A stretch of DNA of 64,000 nucleotides, from positions 48,856,001 to 48,920,000 of the forward strand of contig CM114271.1 in assembly GCA_050084515.1 (NCBI GenBank), written 5' to 3'. Below, in pieces: positions 12,620 to 25,052 of the stretch. Positions within the stretch are counted from its first letter, which is position 1, and every line of letters starts with the position of its first letter. The stretch is from Blasia pusilla (lineage: Eukaryota). Under the pieces are notes generated by a model. The model did not search any database and was not told the origin of the DNA. It worked only from the letters and a program-made list of their open reading frames with translations. The position numbers and the translations under genes are program-made.

Positions 12620-14050
12620 GACTTGGGAGCCAGATATGGGCCCTAAGTTGACAGGAGGAGAGCAACGTCAGATACACCAGTTCCTTAGGAGTTATAGGAG
12701 CTATTTTGCATTTAGTATGCATGATTTGGATACGCTGAAGGGTCCAGGGATCCGCATTGAGTTATCGAGTGACACGCCGTTCTTTTGACAACCCTACAGG
12801 TACAGTGACATGGAGAGGGCTCTGATTCAGAGTAGGAGCCAGGACTTGGTTGGAGCAGGACTAATGGAGATATCGCATGGAGAGTATGCATCTGCCAGTG
12901 TCATGCCCGCCAAGAAGGATGTGCATGGCAACTGGACGGAGAGGCGAATCTGTGGGGATTACTGACCTATCAATCGGCAGACGAATTCCGATAGGTATGC
13001 CATGCCCATCCCTCAAGAGATCTTTGATGCGATTGGGCATGCAAAGGTCTTCAATTCATTGGATTTGCGAGTCAGATACCATCAACTGCCTATCAGATTG
13101 CACGACCGGCAGAAGACGGCATTTTGGGGCATCGATCCTCACGGAAAGGATTGTTTGTACCAGTGGCGGTTCTTACCATTCGGGTTAAAGAATGCCCCAG
13201 CTGAGTTTCAGAGGGTGATGGATAGGATCTTGGCAGGTCTGGATTTTTCTAGGTGTTATATTGATGACATCGTAGTCTTTAGCGCCATGGTTGAGAAGCA
13301 TGAGCGACATCTAGAGGAGGTGTTTCGACGATTGCAGTTACATGGGCTCAAGCTACATCCAGGCAAGTGCAAGTTCTTCTATGACCTGATTGAGTACTTG
13401 GGTCATACGATATACCTTGGGGGCCTTGGTGTGCAACAAACGAAGGTAGAGGCTATTTCATGCATTCCATGCCCTAAAGATGTGAGTCGAGTTTGTGCAT
13501 TCATGGGATTGGCAAACTTCTATCGATAGTACGTCAAGGGTTTCACTTCGATTGCAAAGCCGCTAACCTTGATGACCAAGGTGGATCAAGAGTGGCACTA
13601 GAGGGATGAGCAAGAGAGAGCATTTCATATGCTCAAGGATAGATTGACGTTCGCGCCCATATTAAGGAGACCGATCAAGGGACGTCCTTTCTAGTTGCAT
13701 ACCGATTGGAGCATGTTGGGGCTTGGAGCTGTGCTTGTCCAGCATGACGATGATGGTAGAGAGTTCATGGTGGCTTATGCTAGTTGCTCGAACAACGCTA
13801 CAGAGGCAAAGTATAGCTTGTATGAGGGTGAGTGCTTGGCTGCAGTGTGAGCTGTCGCACATTTTAGATGTTATCTATTCGGAAATCCCTTTACCATCAT
13901 TACTGATCATCAGCCACTTAAGTGGTTGATGGAGTCCGAAAAGCTGATAGGGAAGCTTGCGAGGTGGGCTCTTTTGTTGCAGGAGTATGACTTCCAGGTG
14001 GTGCATAGATCTGGGACGCTCAACCAAGATGGTTTGAGCCGTAACCCATG
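12620..14050 (+). pseudogene. Ty3/Gypsy reverse transcriptase and RNase H remnant
   Basis: RRICGDY*PIN, YAMPIP, SLDLRVRYHQL, LPFGLKNAPAEFQR, YIDDIVVF, KCKF...EYLGH, FMGLANFYR. RNase H: F*LHTDWS..GLGAVL, EGECLAAV, TDHQPLKWL, ARWALLLQEYDF. Confidence 0.95.
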
Positions 14051-14419
14051 CCCGAGTCAGCAAGATATGATTGGAGCTCGTTGGCATGGTGAGAGTGATG
14101 AGGAGTTGCTGCCAGTATGCCATGCGTCAGCCTATTTGGGCTTGTTGGCTATGGAGAGCCAGATTGCAGAGACTTCGATGGCAAGGTCTGATGGAGAGTC
14201 CTTAGATCCTAGAGGCCGGTGAGGAGACGAGAGGTGGCCGAGACATTCACGACGATGGAGTGGTCTTGGAGTACCTGCATATTGGCAGCGTCGCGAGCAC
14301 AATGGGTGCTAGAGAGCGGGATTGGATCCTACAATGAGTCAGACGGTTCCGATGGGAGGGCGCACATGTGTTGCGAGTGTGGGAGGATGGTAGAGTGCGT
14401 GTAGTGCCTCATCCTTTGC

Positions 14420-15480
14420 AGAGAGCACGTTTGATGCGTCATGCCCACGAGGAGTTGGGTCATTTTAGAGTGAAGCGGACGTACAACTTGCTCCAGATTT
14501 AGTATTGGTGGCGAGGCATGCAGACTGACGTTCAGAAGTTTGTTGTCAGATGCATAGTGTGTGATCGAGTCCAAGCATCGTTCAATGCTCCAACTCCACA
14601 GTTGCATCGAATTCCGATCATGGGTTTAGGTTAAAGATGGAGTTTGGATTTTGCAGGACCTTTGCCTTTGACGGAGCGCCATAGTCGTTATGTGTTGGTG
14701 ATGGTCGAGCACTTATCGAAGTGGATAGAGTTGGTTGCATTTCCTGACAAAGCGATTCATGGAGTAGCGTATGCCTTCCTAGATCGAGTGTTGAGTCATT
14801 ACGATGCACCAGCTGAGGTGTTGACAGACCAGGGTATAGAGTTCCGCAAGGAGTTTCAGGCCCTGTGTGATCAGGCACTGATCAACCACCGCACTACTTT
14901 GCAAGATCATCCTGAGGCGAATGGACTAGCGGAGCATGTTGTGCAGACAGTAAAGAGAGGAGTACGCAAGTATGGCTTATAGAGAGGTCACCTAGGAGAT
15001 TGGGACCTTCAGTTGCCGTGGTTGGCGATGGGATACAGATTTAGCAGGCAGGCATCCTTAGCGTCTTTCTCACCGTACTTGTTGCTTTATGGCCGAGAGC
15101 CAGATTTACCACCGGCCATTCGACGAGATAATGGTGAGATGTTGAACCTTGATGACCCTGATATATGGATGCGAGCATGTTCTTAGAGGGCCGAGTTGTT
15201 TCAGAGAGTGATGCTCATGGCGTTTGAGAACTTGGCGATTGCGCAACATCGGGATACGTTGAGGTATGCAATTATTTGGGGAGGTGGTTATCAACCTACT
15301 ATCTGGAAGTTTCATCAGGGAGACTATGTCTACTTGCAGCAAACGGCACCCACGACGTTGGATGTGACTACAGGGCGTACCATCTTGAGAGTGCGTGAGG
15401 TTTTTCCATCCGGTGTTCTCTTATTGGAGGGACGCGATGGTATGGTTTGGAAGGACCATATGCGTAATTGTGCACCATGT
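14420..15480 (+). pseudogene. Integrase remnant (HHCC, DDE core, C-terminal extension)
   Basis: HAHEELGH...CIVCDR zinc domain (~14440-14565); DFAGPLP, VLTDQG and HPEANGLAEH catalytic motifs (ORF 14644-14982); FSPYLLLYGR (~15067). Confidence 0.92.
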
Positions 15481-15540
15481 CATCTTCCGAATATTATCGG
15501 TATAGTTGATCCGAGCTTAGCAATAGTTCCTGCACGCTTA

Positions 15541-15684
15541 CGGTGTATGTTGTGTGGTTCCGCCCATGGTGCAGCCACTATGCTAGTCTGTGATGGGTGT
15601 TTGAGAGGATGGCATATGGCATGTTTGACGCCATCTCTCACTTGGGTTCCTCACGGATAATGGATGTGTCCCAGATGTACATAG
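15541..15684 (+). pseudogene. PHD finger (C4HC3) at the integrase C-terminus
   Basis: In frame with the integrase tail: RCMLCGSAHGAATMLVCDGCLRGWHMACLTPSLTWVPHG*WMCPRCT*. Full Cys4-His-Cys3 spacing plus the conserved Trp; one premature TAA at 15658-15660. Confidence 0.9.
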
Positions 15685-15866
15685 AGTAGGTAGTTTTACA
15701 TTCCGACTTGTGTCTGTGATATGGATGACAAGAAGGCGACTAACGATGGGGCCACATGAGCACCCGGCCTTCTTGCTCTTAGCATCCGAGAGATGTATGT
15801 CATGGTAGGTAGGGATAGATGGCTATCTGGAGTTAGAGGGACCTAACCACCAACTAAGGGGGCGAT

Positions 15867-15992
15867 TGTAGATATTTTGGTACTTCTTGTCTCGTTGTTT
15901 GGATGCCATGAGTGAGCATGGGATCGTGCGTGTTTGTGTGTGTGTTCGGTGACAGTGATGTATGTTGTGTAGCGATGTGTATGCGCACGACA
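15867..15992 (+). repeat. Short (126 bp) 3' LTR-type segment of the MTase-Gypsy element
   Basis: Starts TG two bases after the PPT and ends ACGACA. Its 3' part (GATGTGTATGCGCACGACA) resembles the minus-strand LTR end at 46656 and sequence at ~20040-20090. Confidence 0.7.
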
Positions 15993-16007
15993 CCTCTCTT
16001 ACAACCA

Positions 16008-19000
16008 TGTTAAAGTCATTCTTGGAATGACTCTTTGCCTCTTGGTTCTATCACTCAACTCCATTCAGTTATCTCATATCCCCAAAGACTCAACATCACT
16101 AAAAAAATAGCTCGAAGGAAGGAGATAGGAAATTTTTCTACACAACCAAAAAAAGAAAATGGAACTAGATACGTATGAATCTTGAGGTGGAGATTGGGAA
16201 GTAACAAAAAGATAAAAATTGGTGATGCTATACACATGGTTCGGTCTATACAAACATGGATGATGGAATGTGGAATCTAGATTTAGGGTTTATCACTCGA
16301 AGGGAATATATGCATGCTCAGATAAGTTTCTTTGATCACCTCCATATTCTTGATGTACATGTGTTAAGGTAAGCCAATGAAACACATCTAAACTAGAGAC
16401 GATGAATCAAAAATCTCAAGATCACCAAACAAGTTTGGTGACACAAGAGAATTCCCCACTCAAAAATCTTCACCTAAATGAATAAATCATAGTTCTCTTA
16501 AGATACAACAAGGAGCGCAAATCTCCAAGTTGGTTAGAAACAAAATCTAACTATCCCTAAAGACACGCAATGGATTTCCCCAAAATTCCTAGCAACCTTG
16601 AAAGCCCAAAGCTCTCAATGCACCAATATAAATTTGAGACCTTATTTGAGGATCTTATCCAACACTTATTATACTCTTAAAGAAAAGGAGGAAAGCATGA
16701 GGGAAATGGGGTCAATATGGGTTAATTAGGGGGTAATCCTCCACTTGTCAGCATTTTGAGGCCCACTTGTAGGCCTTTTGCTTATGAGTTTATGTTTTCA
16801 ATCCATTTTAGGTGTTGGGAAGGGGGGAGGTGGATTCACACCTAGCCTCAACAAATGACAACACACCACATGTTTGCATGGAATTTGTGGGCTGCGGGTT
16901 AAACATGTGTTGAGTGCGGGCCTTGAGAATGAATTGAAGGCTTCCATGTGGCAGCCTCTGATTGGTTGGAGGGAAGGGAGCAAGACGTGGGCCGGCGTGC
17001 GGTCATTATAGCATATCTACACAAAAACCTTAGTGATAAGGTCCTATCTATGCCACCTTAGCTATGTACTAGAAAAATTTCCCTAGCGCTAAACTCAACT
17101 TCCACTAATGGAATCACCATCTTAAGGTTCAATGCTTGGGTTGGGATGGCTCTTGAGTGTCCTTTTGCATACATCACAACATGAGGTTGCTCCATGTTGA
17201 TTACTCGCACTCCCAACCTCTCCATCGCCTTTGGATCTAGGAAGTTGCAAGTTGCCCTTAGGTCAATCAAAGAAACCATGGATTTCCCATAAATCAGTTC
17301 CTCAACTAGAAATAGATACTTACTATCATCTCCTTTGAAGGCTCATCACCTTCCCTCAACTAGTTCCTTGAACGCTCCTGATCAAACACGCTAAACGTCA
17401 AGGCTTTAGTCTTCCTTGCCAAGTTAATGTCCTCCCACTTGCAGATTGCTCTTGCTTTCTTGAAATGACCAAGATCACTGCACACATAAAACCCCCTAGT
17501 GCCACGTTCAATCTAGGTTTCCCCTTGCTTGGAACTTGGTGTTTTTTGATGTTTGAACCTTTTGGGTTCTGACCCCACATGCGGCCGTGTCTTATTAGGT
17601 TTCCTCTTATTCACCCCTCCAAACGGTGCCTTTGACTTCATAATCAGGGCCAACTTGCCTTGCTTCTCAAGACTCATATCACTTGCCACAAGTTGAATAG
17701 CCTTGTCAATGGACGGCATAGCGCTTTATTTTCCCAAACTTGGTTGATGGCATAGCGCTTTTCTCCCTGAATTTCCATTTCAACTTGGGTGGCATTTCCT
17801 CCACAAAGTTGAAGATTTGATTGGCCTCTAACATATCTTCAATCACTACCAATGTCTATTAGAACTTAGTAATGAAACTCGCAATCAAGCCTTCCAACTA
17901 CATTTTCCATAACCAAATTTTGGCTTAGGGAGCTCGATCTTGAGGTGCCAAACATCTCCTCGGTTTTGAGGTTAGCATCCCCGTAATTCGACTCCATGGT
18001 CTTTTTGTCCTTACAAAATTCTTGGTACCACGTGAGTGCATATGCTTCTAATTTCAAAGAGGACTCAACTCCCCACTTGGTTGTTGGCCTTCGCAAAAAT
18101 ATGTTCTACCTTTGTCACCCATTGATTTAGGCGCTTGATACTTATCTCGCCCCTATACATGGGTAACTCCTTCCTCCCTTCTTCCAATCAATACCATGGG
18201 TATATACTAAAGTCGAGCTACATACATTTATGGTCTCTCCAACCATATAATCCATCTAGGCTTGTAGTTGTTTCTTCAATGCCTTGAAGATGGCGCGCTG
18301 AACCTCATTGAAACTCACGGGCATTTGAATCCCCGAAAACTTCCTCTTCACCGGCGATGACTCCTTAGGTTCACCCATTTGGGTGTTCCATCCCCCAAGG
18401 TCTAGTTCCTCCGACGAGTCGCCAAGAGTCTTGGGCGGAGAGTTTTTTCCGATCGATATTTTGTCCCCCAAACCCTCATCTCGATCAAGTAACTCATTGA
18501 ATCCACTTATATCCTTGAAGTCTTGTGAGAGATTCAACTCAATAGGCTTATTATCCACATCCCTCAAATCTCCCTCAAGCCAAAGCGGCTTGAGATCCAT
18601 GACCTAAACCCCTGTGGGGCTTGTCTTCATGTTTGGCCATGCTAATCGTTGCTGCCAAAATTTCCCACTAAACTATTTAATGATTTTCTCTAATGCCATG
18701 TTAGAGAGTCCAACCTCTTCTTTACCTAGCTTCATCTCGAAGTACTCCCAATCTTGAGTTTTGCAAGTGGAAGACTTAGATTGAGTCCCAAAAACTCGAT
18801 CGGTTGCGTGTTTTGTAGGTAGATGCATGAGAAGCTACCAAGTAGTAATCCGATCCAATCTCCCCAATTGCATAGTGTCTCCATAGGAGGCCTCTTCCCC
18901 AAGTCTTGACCAATCTCCCCAAGTTGCTTGCCTACACTGGAGTACATCGTGTGCGCAATGTGCCCAATTCCTGAATGTGTGTCTTTTAGCTCAAACCTTA

Positions 19001-19750
19001 AACACGGCCAAACACACATATATCACGGTGAGTTCATGGTTCAAGGGCTTGAGCGGGTTGAGAGGGAGAGTGTCCCCCCTATAGGTACTTTTGAGGTTCT
19101 CTAGAGAAACTCCATCTTTCCCATTTTCCCCCTTGGGCCCTTAAGTTTGCCCCTCAATCCAAACGTGTTTTGTAATTCGCGAACCGATATTTGACTATTT
19201 ATCCATCAAGATGGCTTGAAAGAGACTTCTTGTACCTTATGCAAGTCTTGGCTCATCAAATGCACCTTGGATCATGGACTTTAGTTTCATGTATTTCATG
19301 GCTAGCACCCATCTTGACTCTCGTTTGGTGTCTCATTGTTGTCTTGCCGCCCTCTGCGTTTTGTGACTAGTCTCGTAGCGTCTGCCCATCTTGACTACTC
19401 GCATGTTCCTTACTTCTTACTCTTGACTTGGCACTTGGCTCCAAGGTCTCAAAACTTGCTTTCCTTGCCTTTGACCCCATAAGTAGTTATGCCCCTTTTT
19501 CACTTGAGGCTAATCACAAGATTTTAGCGGGTCTTGCCCAACGTTAGTCTCACGGCTAAACCCTAAACCCTAAACCCATTCCACTACAATCTCTTTTACT
19601 CCTTACTTGCTCTACTTGCTCTATGCCCTTCCTAGTCTCATGGCTAGCTAGTCTAGGTTTTGAATTACATGGGTCATACCTAGATCTTTCCTCCTTGGAC
19701 CCGTGATCATGACTCATTTCCCAAGTCCCTGCTAGTCTAAGCGCCACAGA
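16008..19750 (-). mobile_element. Decayed Gypsy-type element(s): LTR ~18699-19750, PBS-like site, gag-protease remnant, LTR-like block ~16008-17010
   Basis: Minus strand ...TAACA TGGCATTAGAG (degenerate iMet PBS, ~18688-18698). Gag-like LKLEAYALTWY (ORF 17866-18096) and protease-like VSLIDLRATCNFLD (ORF 17058-17279). A second TAACA-TGGT junction lies at ~16008. Confidence 0.7.
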
Positions 19751-19759
19751 CTTAGCTAT

Positions 19760-20090
19760 TTGCGATGTGAGGGTGCACCCTATGAATTGTTTGACGGTGA
19801 AGGCTTGGGCGATGGTGATTCGCACTAAGTTGTATAATGTTGGGATTGGTGGTGTCATGTTTTATCCTATGGAATTCACGTTGGACTATTGGTAGGAGTC
19901 AGCCCCTTATCCTCGAAATTCGCAATCATACAATGGCTCTTTCAGTCATTGTTAGTGTTGGTGGTGAGCAATTGGCATGGGCATAGTGGAGATTATTGCA
20001 ATGAAATTTTATGATTCATGATATGTGTGTGTATGTTTGCATATTTGTGACAACGATGTATGTTTTGTAGGGATGTGTATGTACATGACT
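19760..20090 (+). mobile_element. Third, very degenerate fragment of the MTase-Gypsy family (protease end plus LTR end)
   Basis: VIRTKLYNVGIGGVMFYPMEFTLDYW*ES aligns with VIDVESYDVLVGGAML*PMGFSLDYWE*S at 10850-10935. 20040-20090 resembles 15935-15990. Confidence 0.65.
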
Positions 20091-21910
20091 TAATTAAGTG
20101 GGGGAGCGTCATACATTAAAAAAAGTCAATGGCAATCACACTAGTAAGGACCCAAGAAGCGATTCATGATTATGGGTCCAAGGAGGATTGACTTTACTAA
20201 AAGACACCAAAGCAAAACCTCGATTAATTAGCTAGTTTCTTACCTAGGGAAGACAATAGGTCAAGAGAGGTGTAAACCTTTAGACATGTCTTACAAGAAA
20301 ATGGGTGGAGCCGCTCGTGGGGACTTAGGATGAGGCTTAAACATGAAAGGGAGGAGATGTCTTAGTTACCTTTCTCCCTTATTTTGCAACCCCCACCCCA
20401 ATCTAAGACCAATCTTGACTCTTGCCCTTAAGCATCCCCATACTTAGGAGAGCAACGTGGGTAGATCAAATAAATATTAAGGTCCGAGCCTTCCAAGGGA
20501 GATAACACTTACCTTGCAAGTCTCATAACCGGTTATAACTTGACATTTTCATCTACTCACCCTAGGGAATGTGCAACTAGTTGGGGTCTCCAAGACCCAA
20601 ATAAGTCTTTTGCTTGCATGTCTCAAGGTTCAGAACTCTTCACAGAGCAAGCAAGGAGGAGTAGTAGTCAAACTCTACAATGGGCGAGTCCTTCTTACGT
20701 TAGGGCAAGCATTACATCTACCCAACCAAAGGTAGGTGTAGAGGTGGTGGAACCATTCGTGTCTACAATAGGTATATGTATGGCTAGGTAGACGATGGTG
20801 TGGCTTACTTGGTTTGTGCCATCCACATAGTACAAGTCCTTAGTTTTCCAAACTCGATCTTTTGTACATCAAATTTTTGGATATGGATTGTGGGACAAAT
20901 GGATTTCCTTAAATCAATCTTTGATCAAATGTTGTTTAGTGTACAGTTGAGTCGTTTTTGTATTGCCAATTCATTTTCCACATAACAATTTAAAATTGTG
21001 TCAATTATAATAGATGTTTGTGCAATTACTTTTAGAGTCAAGTGATACCTGGAAGTCGTAGTTTATAGCTACTTTGAGGGTGCTAAAAGTCGCAAAGTAA
21101 CTTGTGACATACACACAAAAATATGAATACTATACTAGACTTTTGCATTATGAATATATTGTGAGTATTATGTGACTCATGGGAAATGCATATGTTGGTC
21201 CTTTGTAGTAGTGATTGCTGCTTGTTGGTGCCTTTAAGAAAAGCTCATTTTTTTCAAATAAGCTAGGGTTAGCGCTAGGGTTAGCACTGGATTCTCAGAT
21301 CCTCCGCTCCACATCTCATTCTTCTTCAGCGGCCTAGATTTGTTCCTTCGCTTCCTACTTCGGTGTTTTCTGAGCCTGTGAGGTCCTTCAATCAACTGGT
21401 TCCGTGGTTTTGGGTCCAGTAGGAGGGAGTTGTGTGTGTGTGTCCAGAGCCGGATGATCAATCTATAAGGAAGGCTGAGCGATAAGCCGACGACCCACAG
21501 TCATTTTCGTTTTCACTCAATAAATGCTTGCACATCTCATTCTTCTTCAGTGGAGCCTTGATTCCCATCATACGGATATGTGTTGTGACTACATGAGGCT
21601 GATGCACAACGATCGCAACAATCTCAAACTCTTGAAGCTTCTAATGGTGGCCATTGCACAATGGTTAGATTTTGCCACTTACGATCAAAGAGGTAGCAGT
21701 TGCACCAAGCCACAATCCACCACAATCCATCGAAATAGATTTTATAAAATTCAAGTAAGGCACTCTTGGTTAGTGGTGGAAACTGGGGAAGCTTGATTAG
21801 GTGAGTGAGGTCGTATTGAGGGGTTGTGGGTTCGAGCCTTGAGAGAGTCGGCCACGCAGATTTATCAATGATATTATTCTTATATGGAAGTGGGGTTTTT
21901 TCAAGTTAAG

Positions 21911-21945
21911 TTTTATCGGGTGCATCGCACGGGCATTCTTACTAG
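21911..21945 (+). mobile_element. Helitron 3' terminus (element extends leftwards, start undefined)
   Basis: Imperfect hairpin CGGGTGCATCGCACGGG (21917-21933), then CTAG (21942-21945) followed by T. Confidence 0.7.
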
Positions 21946-24900
21946 TCTATATTATTAAGAGAGCATGGGATAAAAATACCCTCTTCCGTGGTTGACACCT
22001 CTCCTTTCAAACTCGTTTTTATCATGGTCACGTTTGCAGAATAATTAAATTAAGAAAACCAAATACTCAAGAAAAAAATTTATGTAATAATAACCCAACA
22101 TTAGTGGTCGTCCGTGAAACCCGAGGAGGGAAACTGTGGTTGTCAGACAAACGGATATAAGGTACCCATGAGGAAATGCACAATTCAAAGAACAAAACTC
22201 CCAAAGACAAAAGTCACAGTAGACGGAGTCGCAGGAGAGACGTCAACTGACGTGAACAGGGGACTCCGGGAGAAACCGCCAAGCAAGTTTGGAGACCTGA
22301 TGAACGCAGACATTGCAGGGAACTCGCCAAACACACAGGACAAGGATCCTGATTCCTGTGCGCGACTGGAGCGAGCTCCGCGCAACGGGTTGCAGAGGAG
22401 CTTTTGTCTATACACATGGTGACCCCGGGCAATCTTTGTATGTCATGAATGTATTGGACAGCTGCTGCGACGGGAGGCTGTGGATCATCACGGGCTTGGA
22501 GGAGGAAATGCGGAATTAAGTACGAAAGCCATGCACCGCGCTGATAACAGCACGGGCTTCGTTCTTTCAGAACCGTTGCCATCTCCACCGGCTTGTTTAC
22601 CGCCGCGACTGAATTTAAGGTAGGTCATACCAGTAGAGATAGTCTACTGTCTACAGGTACATCGTAAGTTTCAAAAGATCCATCGTACCTACCTGTGCTG
22701 CAGTAGATGATCTGCGTATGGTATGATTAGTAGTAGCGTTTCGAGATATGGTTGATGCTACCGATGACGGACGGCACTTACGATCCGCGTCTGGTCTGTA
22801 AGTGATTGTCTCGTGCGGCGTCAGAGGCTGCTGGGGTGTTGCTGTAGTGTATGAGTCCAGGAAAGTGGACGGACGCTATGAGCTTCACGCCAGATTGAAT
22901 CGGTGATGTTTGTATGGGGATTTCTGTTGGGAGAGACAAATCAGAGAGCGACATGGAGGAAAAGTGTGCTGACTTTTCCGTCCCGATCGGATTTTGCTCA
23001 TTAGAGAAGTGCTTGCAGTGTGCCAGCCAGTCGTATTGGATCGGAGTGGAGAGGAGCTCCTCGATCACGACACGTCATTTTTACTTTATATGTATTATGA
23101 AAAATTGAGAACTACTTAAATTCTTAGTATGTTTTGAATATTGCAACAATTATTTGTTCTTTTGTAGGTCCCACATGAGAATACCAACAAGATTTTGTAA
23201 ATTGGTTTTAGGAGGCAGGAGAATGCTATTTCGATGACCCTGCAACCTCGTGTCACATAGGAAATTACATCTAGAACTAATAATAATATTAACGATCTCA
23301 TTAATGGTTCCATCTATGAGATTGATCTTGAATAGTTTCGTGATATTTAACAAAGTTTGTGAGTACGTGCTTATTTTATGGACTATCCCCACATTATTTG
23401 TCATTAAAGATTTGTCAATTCTCTTCGTGTCCTCTTTCGACTTCGCACGTCCCATTCAACCTTCAAGTTCATGAAAAAACTTCCGCTTGGAGACAAATGG
23501 AAAGTACCAATATCACCCTTCCGGAATATATTTTCCCACACCTCAAATTGAACATCAAATGAAACAAGAGACTTGGATTAACATCCAAATAATGCCAACC
23601 TCACATCCCGAGGGTAATCGGAATTTAACACATCTTATTTCTATTCGAAAGCTGGAGTGATCCGAATGCCACGTGTCTAAAACAAAATTTACAGTCGTGA
23701 AACTTGGAAAGTAATTAGAATTTATCTCATCTCTTTTCCAGCCAAAAGCAAGAGTTATCCCAAGGCAACACATGAATAAGAGAACTTGTAGCAATCATAC
23801 GTTGTTATGAGATTTCTTCTCAACTATTCCAAAAAAATCCTCACACCTATTCATCCGCAGGTTGCTGCGAGTCGAGTTAGAAATGAGTTGCACTTGAAAA
23901 GGTTCTTCAACAAAACCAAGTGCCTCAAACCCATGACTCTAATGCAGGGAACACTTTGTCCACTCCACCATGGTCTCATGCATCTAACATACAAATAAAT
24001 AAAAGACTTATCATGTTTTCCAAACGTAATGAGGACGAATTGGGTAGAGGGGGGAAAAAACTACTCAAGGTAGCAACATAGCTTAACTGCAACACCAACA
24101 ACCCATTGCGTTGCAGTTGTACTTACAGCACAGTCGCCGGTAGCCAACTGCGACCATCCCCACCCCTAGTGAAAATGCCCTTCTGCCTATGAGCGGACGA
24201 GCGAATGACATCAATGTTTGTTGGTGGGGATACCCGCGACTCGACCTTTCGAGGTCCTATCTACACAGTTTCCGCACAGACCACGACGTAGTCATGACGA
24301 GGTTCCTCTCTTTAACAAGAAGAGAAAATGGTGGATGGAGCGATGGAAAGAAGGGATGCAGAGTAGGGGAAGTACAGTACGGCTTGGTACTTAAACCTTC
24401 GGATGAGTACTGTATGTGGATGACAGCGTAGACTTGACCACCAGCTGCGAGCTAGCCATAACATTAGACGCTGAGAGCGAGCCCATTGATACGTAACTAC
24501 AGTAGTGCGCGGCATGGCACAGCGCACCGAAGTGAGCTTGGTGGTCGCACCGCCAAAAACGTCAGGCCCGACTTGGGCACGGGATAGGTGGGGGACGAGA
24601 AAGTTCCGCTCCTTGCGATGATGATGAACATCGCATCCTCTCTTTTTCGGGACTCAGAGAGTGATGGTGCGGGGCTTAATCTCGACAGAAGGGAGGCCTC
24701 ACAGAATTAACGCAGCCGGAAGTCAATACTGCAGAGGAAGGAGGAAGAGAAAGTTGTGGAGGGGACAGCTCACGGCCCGGCCGGGCCAGCCCAGCCCACG
24801 CCACTCCACTCTACTCCACTCCACTCCAGCGAGGTCAGCAACCTGACTTCTACCTAAGGCAAACGCAAAGTGGGAACAGTGGAGTATCCCGATATGCGAG

Positions 24901-25052
24901 TATCGCTAACCGGAAAGAAGCTGCGAGGAGCTCGTGCGCATTGAGAATTGCATACGAGGGCAGATCAACCTGTGCAAGAGGTTGTTCACAGAGCTGAATA
25001 GCAGCAGGAGCAGCTGCAGCGTTGGTAGTCGTAGCTTGGCTTCCCCTTCGTC

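Larger units (their letters stand above)
8430..15992 (+). mobile_element. Decayed Ty3/Gypsy LTR retrotransposon with internal C5 DNA methyltransferase and C-terminal PHD finger (Gag-PR-MTase-RT-RH-INT-PHD)
   Basis: Collinear + strand domains in Gypsy order (RT-RH before INT), broken by many stops and some frameshifts. PPT TAAGGGGGCG at 15855-15864 is followed by a TGTAG...ACGACA LTR-type end. The 5' boundary is unresolved; leader-like sequence may extend back to ~6350-6590. Confidence 0.93.

Noticed and set aside
8430-15992. DIRS-type element (known to carry a methyltransferase)
   Set aside because: This element has a DDE integrase, protease and PPT, no tyrosine recombinase, and a PC/ENV-type C5 MTase instead of the Dam-like domain typical of DIRS1.
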